A model generated the notes under the pieces. That model ran no database searches and was not told where the DNA came from. It was given only the letters and a program-made list of their open reading frames with translations. From Diplonema japonicum (taxonomy: Eukaryota > Protista > Euglenozoa: Diplonemea), in assembly GCA_964019335.1 (NCBI GenBank), contig OZ025680.1, positions 186,001 to 250,000 of the forward strand: a stretch of DNA of 64,000 bases. Reading direction: 5' to 3'. Below, piece after piece: positions 40,201-49,000 of the stretch; position 1 is the stretch's first letter, and each line of letters opens with the position of its first letter. Both the position numbers and the translations under genes were made by a program.

Positions 40201-43200
40201 GTCTTCGTCTTCACATCCGCAGCGGCGAGGGCCACCTCCTCCATGCACCCGGGGTCCGCGTACCTCGGCCCGTGCTTCGTCTTGCAGGTCTTCCCGAAGA
40301 AGCAGAACAGGTGGCACCAGCACTCTTTCCACTGCGCCCTCAGATACCTGCAACCGTACTCGTTCCTGCCCCCTGCCCCCACGATCCTGTGGCCCGCCGT
40401 GTGGAACAGCCCGCTGATGCTCCCGATGGACTGCGCCGCCCCTTCGAAGTCCCCTCGAAGGAGCCTCTCCCCCGCCCTCACGATGTCCCCGAGGACCGGG
40501 ATCCCCTTCAGCCACGTCACCGCGTCCCGAAACGCCGCCGCCACGTTGTTCAGGAACTCCTCCACCTTGTCCTTGATGTACCTGAGGGTGGTCTCGAAGA
40601 TCCTCTTCACCTTGTTCCACAGCACCGTCACCTTCTCCGAGATGTAGTTCCAGGCCTCCGTCGCAGCCTTCGCGATCGCCTTCACCGCCACGTTGATCCC
40701 GTCCACGATCTTCTGCCCGAGGTCCCCCAAGGACACCGACACCGAGATGTCGAACTCCGAGTCCTCGAACCTCTTCGCCACAACGGCGTGCCCGCTCACC
40801 GTCGTCTCCACCAGCGCCAAATCCAGCGTCACCGCGAAGTCGATCACGTTCCCGTTCACCTCCACCCTCGCCCGCAGGTTGATGAACAGGACCTGGATGT
40901 CGCAGGAGAAGATGGCGTACGGGATCGGGCGGTTCAGGTCGTACATGAAGAGGACCTGTCGGATCTTCACGATCTCCAGGAAGTTCATGTCCCGCAGCTC
41001 CATCTTGAAGAAGGTGAGGTCCCAGTTCCAGGTCACGTGAACGTGCGAGGACAGCGCCCCGTCGAAGAGGTCGATCCCTGCCCTGAAGGAGAAGATGTCC
41101 GCGTTCAGGGTAACGTTCAGGTAGCCGTACGACCTCAGCATAGGGATGTCGAAGGCTCCCCCGATGTCGATCAGGGCCCGCGGCTGCGGCTTCACCTGCA
41201 GGTCCACCAGGAACTTCGCCCCGCCCACCGCCACCTTGTTCTCCAAGCGGTTCCCGATGCGGAGCTGGAAGGCCCCGATTTTCAAGTCCACGTGGTCCAT
41301 CCAGGCGTCGATGTAGAAGCGCGTCTTGCTCACCGCGAGGTCGATCGCGATCTCCCACCCGAGGAAGTTCAAACGCCCCTGCAGAGCGACCCCCGCAGGG
41401 ATCACCACGTCCCCGCTCCTGAACGACAGCCTCTGCTCCTTGATCGGGCTGAAGGAGAAGAAGGCGAAGCACTCCAAATCCAGCGTCGTCTCGTTCGCGT
41501 AGCCGTCCAGCTTCCCCGCACACCTCGTCTTGTAGTCCTTGTCGAAGGGGTAGATCCCCGACTCCGCGAGCTTCCCGGGGATCACCACCTTGTCCAGGGC
41601 TGGAACGTAGTCCGACAGCACGTCGATGATCCCGCCGATCGTGAGCTCCGACACCATCGCGATGAAGAAGTTGTCCTCGGGGACCGTCCCGCTCACCCCG
41701 ACGTAGGTGCGCCCCTCGATGTACGCCCCCGTCTTCGTCGTGCAGCTTCCTTCCTTCCCGAAGCAGACCGCTCCCCCCAGGGTGAACCCGGTCGGGACCG
41801 GCGACTTCAAATCCCACTCCACCCCGAGGATGACGTCCCCGATGTGCAGGAAGGGGAGCCCCAGGGCCCGGTACCACCACCCGTCCAGCTTCAGCGACCC
41901 CCGCACCAGCTGCGCCGACGGGCTCACCACCAGAGACAGGTCCCCGATCAGGAACAGGAAGCGCCTCTCCTCATAGTCCTCCTTGCAGCGCTCCACGCAG
42001 ATCTTTAGAGGGATGTTCACCCCGAGCTTCGACAGCGGCAGCCCCCCGAAGTTGTGCTCGTACTGCGCGTAGATGCTCATCCCGAGCGTCCCCTCCACGT
42101 TCACGATCGCGAAGTTGCTCTCCGAAGTGTCCGGGTCCGTCCCGATCCGCAGCTCCAGCAAGGCCGACCCGGAGAACTGAAGCTCCGCGCTCGCCGACAC
42201 TCGGAAGTTCTCCGTCACGTCCCCCACCACCTCCAAGAAGTCCCCTTCCAGGATGTCCGGCAGCTTCGGAGACCCGATCGCGTACAGCTTCACCCCCGAG
42301 GTCGTCGCCGCCAGTGCGAGCTTCGTGTCCTGGATCCCGAACGACAGCACGGGAGACAGGGCTGTGTCCAACGCCTGCGCCACCCCTTCGTCGAAGTTGC
42401 TCGTCACCAAATAGGCCACGTTCGCCATCGTCAGCTCCTCCACCCACACGCTCGCCTCCACCCCGTCGCACGCGGGGGTCTGCCCGATCCGTCCCACTCC
42501 AGACACTGTCGTCGTCGGGGTTGGAGCCGCGCAGTTTCCGAGACAGAAAGGCATCGTCACTTCTCCCTTCTGCAGAATCGGTTTCATGAGCTCCAAGAAG
42601 TCTCCGAGGTCTGACGAAGCGTCCAGAAGTTCTCTTGTGCTGTGCTTCGTGGTGGTGGTGGTGGTGGTGGTGTTGACGCCGTCGTTCTTGTTGTCGTCGC
42701 CCTTCACAATGCTAGTGTACATGCGTGCCCCCGTAGCAGTGCTCGCAGAAGCGGAGTCCATGGGACAAGCAGAAGGGTCGTATGCCACACTCGCTCCCTT
42801 GTTCGAGTCCTCCAGCGTCACCGCCATCCCCAAGCTGAACCCGATCCCTGACCACTTGTTCCCCTTGGCGTCCGTGATGGAGCTCCTCTTCTGGCTCAAC
42901 CATGATCTCGGGAGCTCCTTGACCGCCTCTTTGATCTTCCCTGCAAGTCCGTCCAGCGCGAAGTCCATGTCCCTGATCGCCTCCCTGTTCTTCTTCTTGA
43001 AGATGTGCTTCCCCCACGACTTCAAGCTCACCCCGAATCCTCCGAACAGCACGTTCTCCCACCAGGTGCTCGCCGAGATCACCTCGACACACCTCCAGTG
43101 CGGGTGCGTGAACACGATCGTGATCCCGTCGATCCCCACCGTCGACGAGATGATGGCAGGCATGTCGATCCCGACCTCGAAGGCGAACCCGCTGAAGGCC

Positions 43201-44423
43201 CCTGCGCTCGCGAACCACTCCACCGACAGCGACACCTCGAACAGCGTGTTGGCGAAGAAGCCCTTCTCCCCTGTCTTCTCGCCGGAGCGAGCCTTCTTCT
43301 TGGTCCTGCCTCGAAACAGTACTTCCCCTTCCCTCTCCTTCTTCTTCTCCTTCTCCTGCTCCGCAGAAAGAACCTTCCCCCCGTGCCCGAACGAGGTTTC
43401 CTTCACGCACACCCCGTTCTCGCACTCTTCGTTCAATCCGCAGTCGTTGTCGCTGGTGCAACCATCAGACTCAACGGCTCGAGGGGTCAACACAGACAGC
43501 TCTCTATCGGGAGCAGGAGTGGGAGGGGCGGGAGTAGCAGGAGCAGGAGTGCGAGGGGCAGGGGTGCGAGGAGCAGGAGTACGAGGGGCAGGGGTACGAG
43601 GGGCGGGAGTACGAGGGGCAGGGGTGCGAGGGGCGGGAGTGGAAGGAGCAGGGGTCGTCGCGGAGGTGTTCTTGTTCTGCCTCTCGTAGTTGATGCCCGC
43701 ACCCCATCCAAGACCCAGACCCGAGAAGAGGTTCGCCTTTCCACCTGGGACAGCCTCCAACCCGATGCTCCACCCGAGCCCAACAGAGGGGGTGAACTGG
43801 AAGCTCCCCACCTTCAGCCCTTCATACGAGACACTGAAGCCGATCGTCACAGTGAAGAGCGGACACCCGAAGTTCGAGTTTGCCTTCGAGGCGCAGAGGT
43901 ACCCGATCGCACAGCAGTCCTCCAGGGGCTTCACCACCCTCCGCTTTTGGTGGTTCTGCTGCGCCTCGAGGAGCATCGCCGCCCTGTCCGCAGAGGCGGC
44001 GGCGGTCGTCGTTGTCGAGTTGCACTGCCCGGAGAAGGTGCGGATGTAGGGCTTCAAGCTGTTCGCGAGGTCGGGGATGTCGGCCAGGAAGGTCTCCACC
44101 GTCGCAGTGTCCTCGAAGAACTCCATCAGCCCGTCCGCCGCCTCCACCGCCTTGTCCTTCAGGGTGTTCAGCTGGTCGAGGGACTGCGTCACCGCCTCTA
44201 TCGCCTCCTGCACCCCGAGGGCCTCCAGCACTTCTTCCGCCCTGTCAGCAAGGGCGTCCGCCACCGCCCCCCTGAAGGCGTCCACCGTGTCCACCAGCGA
44301 CGAGGCCAGCGACGTCACCGTCAGCGGCTCAGAGGTCGACGTCGTTGTCGGCGCCGTGTCCTGCGCTGCTCCCACCAGAAGTACCGCGGCTCCCACCGCT
44401 AGCAGCATCTGCAAGTTTACCAT
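37242..44423 (-). CDS. Giant secreted multidomain protein (2393 aa) ending in two GH18 chitinase-like domains
   Basis: Signal peptide, TPAPR linker, long beta-rich region, amphipathic helices, HYR-like segments, and two copies of KVMLSFGG..FDGINLDY(G/E)..VMPQYYN..GGAFFW. Confidence 0.88.
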   Translation of the reverse strand: MVNLQMLLAVGAAVLLVGAAQDTAPTTTSTSEPLTVTSLASSLVDTVDAFRGAVADALADRAEEVLEALGVQEAIEAVTQSLDQLNTLKDKAVEAADGLMEFFEDTATVETFLADIPDLANSLKPYIRTFSGQCNSTTTTAAASADRAAMLLEAQQNHQKRRVVKPLEDCCAIGYLCASKANSNFGCPLFTVTIGFSVSYEGLKVGSFQFTPSVGLGWSIGLEAVPGGKANLFSGLGLGWGAGINYERQNKNTSATTPAPSTPAPRTPAPRTPAPRTPAPRTPAPRTPAPRTPAPATPAPPTPAPDRELSVLTPRAVESDGCTSDNDCGLNEECENGVCVKETSFGHGGKVLSAEQEKEKKKEREGEVLFRGRTKKKARSGEKTGEKGFFANTLFEVSLSVEWFASAGAFSGFAFEVGIDMPAIISSTVGIDGITIVFTHPHWRCVEVISASTWWENVLFGGFGVSLKSWGKHIFKKKNREAIRDMDFALDGLAGKIKEAVKELPRSWLSQKRSSITDAKGNKWSGIGFSLGMAVTLEDSNKGASVAYDPSACPMDSASASTATGARMYTSIVKGDDNKNDGVNTTTTTTTTKHSTRELLDASSDLGDFLELMKPILQKGEVTMPFCLGNCAAPTPTTTVSGVGRIGQTPACDGVEASVWVEELTMANVAYLVTSNFDEGVAQALDTALSPVLSFGIQDTKLALAATTSGVKLYAIGSPKLPDILEGDFLEVVGDVTENFRVSASAELQFSGSALLELRIGTDPDTSESNFAIVNVEGTLGMSIYAQYEHNFGGLPLSKLGVNIPLKICVERCKEDYEERRFLFLIGDLSLVVSPSAQLVRGSLKLDGWWYRALGLPFLHIGDVILGVEWDLKSPVPTGFTLGGAVCFGKEGSCTTKTGAYIEGRTYVGVSGTVPEDNFFIAMVSELTIGGIIDVLSDYVPALDKVVIPGKLAESGIYPFDKDYKTRCAGKLDGYANETTLDLECFAFFSFSPIKEQRLSFRSGDVVIPAGVALQGRLNFLGWEIAIDLAVSKTRFYIDAWMDHVDLKIGAFQLRIGNRLENKVAVGGAKFLVDLQVKPQPRALIDIGGAFDIPMLRSYGYLNVTLNADIFSFRAGIDLFDGALSSHVHVTWNWDLTFFKMELRDMNFLEIVKIRQVLFMYDLNRPIPYAIFSCDIQVLFINLRARVEVNGNVIDFAVTLDLALVETTVSGHAVVAKRFEDSEFDISVSVSLGDLGQKIVDGINVAVKAIAKAATEAWNYISEKVTVLWNKVKRIFETTLRYIKDKVEEFLNNVAAAFRDAVTWLKGIPVLGDIVRAGERLLRGDFEGAAQSIGSISGLFHTAGHRIVGAGGRNEYGCRYLRAQWKECWCHLFCFFGKTCKTKHGPRYADPGCMEEVALAAADVKTKTDEMAQKNAIIEGSKEENPGLQNIASGMEVPMPSLPKSTVMVPFGSNAATASGGFSGGVRTYGGKGSGGGLSASEAEVTLSNMPYDLSSQASYEASVRNTQNRMVSAMADKALEKQALLNGEVSSEAGMVLRKRPVLGGATSYTFRCDQPVNLESLKPLPWFVDPACTSGARVNLLRQRVLPESQFPNRVCGSSFLEVTWQLRDSPVCGGVSEEVTQIITVEPISPVFASFPADTRVNTEQSTDPTVLGLAEGASACSQEFDVFYMDSDPVPVEGSNGNGQWTVNRVWTILPFFPKSECTGATAEGSSRTQTITVVDETTSAPSTPQPAPVSVPATPPSSSSSSSSSSGDSRLVASIGNWQECPTDAQMEAYTHILVSFAVTYTWGPMKNQCNQQCDLTPVSVCGNAPHPELVAKWKAAGKKVMLSFGGAGMGGSWDGLNDCWEHCYGKEEHLVRQLVAVASSLGFDGINLDYGYYYEDGQRGSSFAKGAQAQAFLKEVTVGLKQNLPTGSLVTHSPVDIDLAKGTRYFDIMKEVAGSVDFVMPQYYNGITRPNTDGINGGVFSSALAHFKTLVEDCFGNDPTKVVFGFCIGDCGDTNSNSNAQQAVSVMNDLKQEYACNGGAFFWNSLRDTNGAWSKAVGGAVSPARGCGGNSGGGVPTNPSPATVTAPTPALSTASVDSRLIAYIGNWQACPTDAQMEAYTHILVSFAVTYTWTPRGNQCNQQCKITGSVPVCGNSPQPELVAKWKAAGKKVMLSFGGAGMGGSWDGLNDCWEHCYGKEASVVRQLVAVASSQGFDGINLDYEYYYEDGQRGSSFAKGAQAQAFLKEVTVGLKQNLPTGSLVTHSPVDIDLAKGTRYFDIIREVAGSVDFVMPQYYNGITRPNTDGINGGVFSSALAHFKTLVEDCFGSDPTKVVFGFCISDCGGTNSNSNAQQAVSVMNDLKQEYACNGGAFFWNAAHDLMGAWSKAVGGTVSPARGCGGSVK
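37248..39155. repeat. Intragenic tandem duplication of the GH18 domain (about 0.9 kb x2)
   Basis: Near-identical DNA at about 37248-38165 and 38243-39155. Confidence 0.92.
43508..43655 (-). repeat. 15-bp coding minisatellite (TPAPR)n
   Basis: Seen in both DNA and translation. Confidence 0.9.
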
Positions 44424-46051
44424 CTTGTCAACCTTAACAGAAGGGACGGTTGGGGTGCCTTCTTGGTTTCTCTTTTTCTTCTTCTTCTTCTTCTTCTTCT
44501 TTTTGTGTGTGTATTAACCTGTAGGTGGTAAACTAGAGGGGGAAATGAAGTTGGGAAAACAGAAAAACAAACAAAAATAGAAAGAGGGGGAGAAACAGCG
44601 ATCGCAAGTAAAGTCTTAGAAAGCAAACGTTTAAAATGAACAGCTTGTCCCGTTTACCCCTACTGTGAATATGAAAACGGCTTTCTTTGCTTGTGTAAAG
44701 CTGCCTCTAATCTTTTTTTACCCTCCCCTTTTTTTTCTTTTGCAAAAATAACAATTCTTTTCAAAGTTTGTTTACTTGTTCCAGCAAAACAAAACAAAAA
44801 CAAAAAAGAAGAGAAAAAAAAGAAAGAGATTTAAGGGTACCTGCGGTATGTGGCAGGATGCCTTTAAAAAAAAGGCAAAAAAAAAAAGAAGGTGCGGATA
44901 TCTGTTCCTCGAAATTATCGAAGAAGAGAACGCTTTGAGAAGAAGATGCAAGGACTTGTGTGGTGTCGCCATTGACAGCACACCAAGAAGTTTCTGTGCT
45001 TTTTTTTTTTTCTCTTTTCTTTTTTTCTTCTTCTCTTTTTCAAATATTCTCTACTCGTTTCTTTACCTTTCATCGTTTTGCCTAGGGGAATAGGTTCCCT
45101 TCATTGAAGCTAGAGAAAAAAAAAAGATATAAAAAGTAGTGAAAAAGCAAAACAAGCCCACGCAGGTTCCTATTCTTTCTTCCTGCCCGTGAACAAGGCA
45201 CAGACATAAAATGAACATGACCGCATCAGCTTGCGTTGCTCCAGAAGAAGAAGGGGGAGAGGGGGGAGGACAAAGATCTATTTTCCCCCCCAGAAAATTT
45301 ACTTGGAGAAGTAAAAAAAAAAAATGAGGGGTTTTTAATTCACCCGAGTGGTGAGGTGATTCCAGTGTCGTGGAAGGAGAGGGGGGGGAAAAAAAAGGCC
45401 ATGTAATTGAATGGCGTGTCGCTCTATTTTTCTTCTTCTTTTCTTTTTTACTTTCTTATGTTTGTTACAAAAAAAAAAAGAAAAGAAGAAGAAAAAACTA
45501 CGTCATAAAAGCTTATTATCATATGCGGTATTGAATTTTGAAGAAAAAAAAGAAAAAAAAAATTCACTATGATAGGAACGAAGTAGTTAGCAAATGCCCG
45601 CAAAAAAAGAAGAAGAAAAAAAGACATCAGCTGCGCCACGGGTAAGACCAATCTTACCTATGGTGCACCCGATACGGTCAGTTATTTGTCAATTGTCACA
45701 GGTGTGCAACGAAACACCTCACAAAAAAAAAGCGACTGGTTCACAAGAAAGAAATGGGGGAACAAAAGAAAGACAACCACAGCAGTGCCGCAGTGAACAA
45801 AAAAAATAAAATAAAAAAATTTTCTGTGAGCAATAGGGGCTTACAATGAGGATTTCGAATTAATTCATTTAGACACCTAAATCGCGTAGATCCAGAGGAG
45901 GTCTTGCAGAAGGGTGCTCGGAGAAACAAAATAAAAAACAGCAAAACAAAAGATAATAGAATAGAAATAAGAAGATGAGAGAGACAGTCAGAACGAAGGT
46001 AACAAAACTATACGAATACAATATAATCCTTCACCTCTTCTCTGTCCCCGC

Positions 46052-49000
46052 CTAAACAACGGTTGTACGCTCCTCTTTGACGGGTTCGCTATCCGAGAAG
46101 GCGGCCTTTGGCTTGCGCAGGAAGAAGTAGTAGACGAGGAAAGCAACGACAGCGACAACAACAAGAGAGCCGAACACGATGCCGACGATGGCGCCCGTCG
46201 AGAGCGAGTCGCCCCCGTCGCCCCCCTGCTGGTCCTCCTCCTTCGGAGTAGGAAGCGGTGCCCTCTCGTTGGTCACGGTCACGTCCTGCAGCTCCCCGCC
46301 CAGCCGGCCCTCGATCATTGCCTTGTTCGCCTGCAGCCTGTCTCGCACCGCCCCATTGTCCATCTCAGAGGGGACCCTCAGGTCTGCCCTCACCGTGATG
46401 CTCTCCGCCGATCCTTGCTGTGTTGTTATTGCTGCACGCCCTGTCGAAGAGGCTCCCTCCCCACAGGTCACGCAGTACCCGCTTGTCGCCCTTTCCAGAC
46501 ACACGTTGAAGCAGCTCGCCCTCCCCCCCAGCAACAGCTCCAGTGCGGGCATGAGGTCCCTGCTCCCCGCCACAGCCTTCCCCATGTCGCTCGAGGCGAT
46601 GCGGAAGACTGCCTGCACCCCCCTCAGCCCGGTCTCGGGGGAGAGAGTCACCGGCTCCTGCGTGGGAGGGACGGGTTCAGGTTCCAACGTGGGTGCGGCG
46701 GTGACCGGGGGATCCCTGCAGAAGTGCCTTGCCGTGAAGCCCGCTCCCTCTGTTCCGAGGTCGGAGGTGAAGTGCAGGTACAGGTCCCCGGTGCTGGCAA
46801 GAACAGTCGTCTCGTTCCCCGTCACCTCCCCCAGCCACGCCCCCTCCCGCCCGTAGACCCCCACCTTGTCGAAACCGGGCTCCAACGAGGCCTCCAACGT
46901 CACCCTCGACTCGTGTCCAGCAGGGCACCCAAACCTCCAGCAGCGGCTCTTCAAAGGAAGGTAATCCTCCCTCTCCGCCTCATCTCCCGAATCAGCAGCA
47001 GCAGCAGCAGCAGCAGGGTACTGTACAGTGCGGGAGTAGCTCTCAAAAGAGTGGTCACAGTTCCTGTCGTTCTTCCCCCACGCGATCGGGTTGCTCGGAA
47101 CACTCAGCTCGACGCTCCTCTCCGGTACCTCCTCCCCACACAGCCAGCGCAGCTCGAACTTGCTGTCCACCGTCTCGTCAAAGGCCGCCTTCACCACAAT
47201 GTCGCCCGTGTAGCCAACATGCACCGTCCCCGTCCCTGTGAACCTGTCCAGCGGGGTCCTTCCGTCAGCCTTGTACACCTCCACGTAGTCGTACCCAGCC
47301 TCAAGCTCCAGGTTCATCGTCAGCACCTTCACAGGCTTCTCGCAGGTCAGCCGGACACACTTCTCCCTCTGCAAGGTCAAGGATCCGGTGTCGCTGCCGT
47401 AGGTGCTGTAGGCAGAGCAGTGCTCCTTCACCGGGATCAAGGACGAGTAGTCGCACGTCCAGGAGAACGACGCGGCCGACCCCAGGGGGAGCGCGGCCTC
47501 CAGCGACACCGCCGCCGTTTTCGTCATCCTCACCGTGGGGTTTGCCGGACCGAGAGGCAACCCATCGCCGTCGCTGTTGCTGTTGCTCTTGACAGAGAGG
47601 GCCGCCCCAGAAACGTGTGTAAGGGTCAAAGGCACGCTGTAGTCGCAAGTGAGGTCCCAGCAGTGCACAGGGCTGTCCCTCTCCACCTCCACAAGCCCAG
47701 GTACCCTGCTTTGAGGAGCGCATTTATAGTTCCAGCTCACCTGTGCCCAGCCACCCCCACTCTTCGTCATCAGCACCGCGTTCCTCGTCACCTCCATGAT
47801 CTGGTACTGGTAGCCGTTCCCTCCCACGATCCTGTAATTCTCCACCTCGTCCCCTGTGTCCACCTCGAAGCGCCCGTCGCCTTCTCTCAGGTCGTACGCC
47901 ACATTGATGTACAGTCGCTCCGGCGGATTCAGCGTGATGTACCAGCAGGTTGTCGTCTCGTCCGTCTCGTTCGTGCTGAAGCTTCCGGACCACCCGGAGA
48001 GGCGTTGGCAGTCTCCCGTGGGTGGCGACAGGGTTCTCGGAGCATCCGTCTCGGGAACCCCGCACGTCCAGTCCAAGGAGAAGGCCTCCCCGAGCCCGTA
48101 GGTCCCGATGTTTCGGATGTTCGAGGTCACCACCACGTCCCCCGTCAGGCTCACCACAATGCTGCGCACAAGGTTCGCCGCGTATCTGTTGCTGTCCACC
48201 ACCTGCACGTAGTTCCCCTGAGTCCCCTGGGTCCCCCCCAGAGTGAGGTTCAGCGTCACCGTCTGGTCGCATCGGATCGTCCAGCACTCCTTCCCAGTCT
48301 CCTCCACGTCTTGGCGGGGATAGGTGAGCACAGCGGCCGTCAGGTCCTGGCACTTGCACGACCAGTTCAGCGTCATTGCCTTCCGCGTCCTCCCCAACAC
48401 CGCAGAGTTCACGTTCGTCGCGACAACCCTGGTCCTGCAGTCAGCCGTCGCAAGAGGGTTCTCCTCCGTGTCGAGGAGCGGGGTGGAGTAGCCGCACGTC
48501 GTTGTGAAACCCCTGAACACAATCTTCTGCGAGGGGAGGGGACACCGGAAGTGCCAGCAGTCCACACCCATCGCATCCTCCCCGTTGATCCGGAACCTGT
48601 CGTTCTTTTCGTCGTCGGCGTCGTTGTCGTTGTTGTAGTCGACCGTGGTGCAAGACCCCCACCGCCCGCAGCCCCAGCTCAGGGTCGCGCTCCCGTGGAC
48701 CACCACCTGCGTTCGGTGTGCGAGGTGCCTGCTCATGAAGGTGTCTTGCCCCCGTACAACCGTCCCCGTCTCCAGGTCCAACAAGGTCACAGAGCCCACG
48801 AGGTTCGCCGCAGAGAAGAGGGACTCCCCGTCGCACCCCACCCGGAAGCAGTCGCCGTTCACCACCGAGGTCGGTGTCCTCGCAGGGAGCTCCGGACACG
48901 GGTCTGCGGGAAGGCAGTTGAACTCCAATTCGAAGGTGCTGAAGGGGCGTGTCTCGTAGACCACCACAACCTCCAGGTTCCCGTTCGTGCTGACCCTGTC

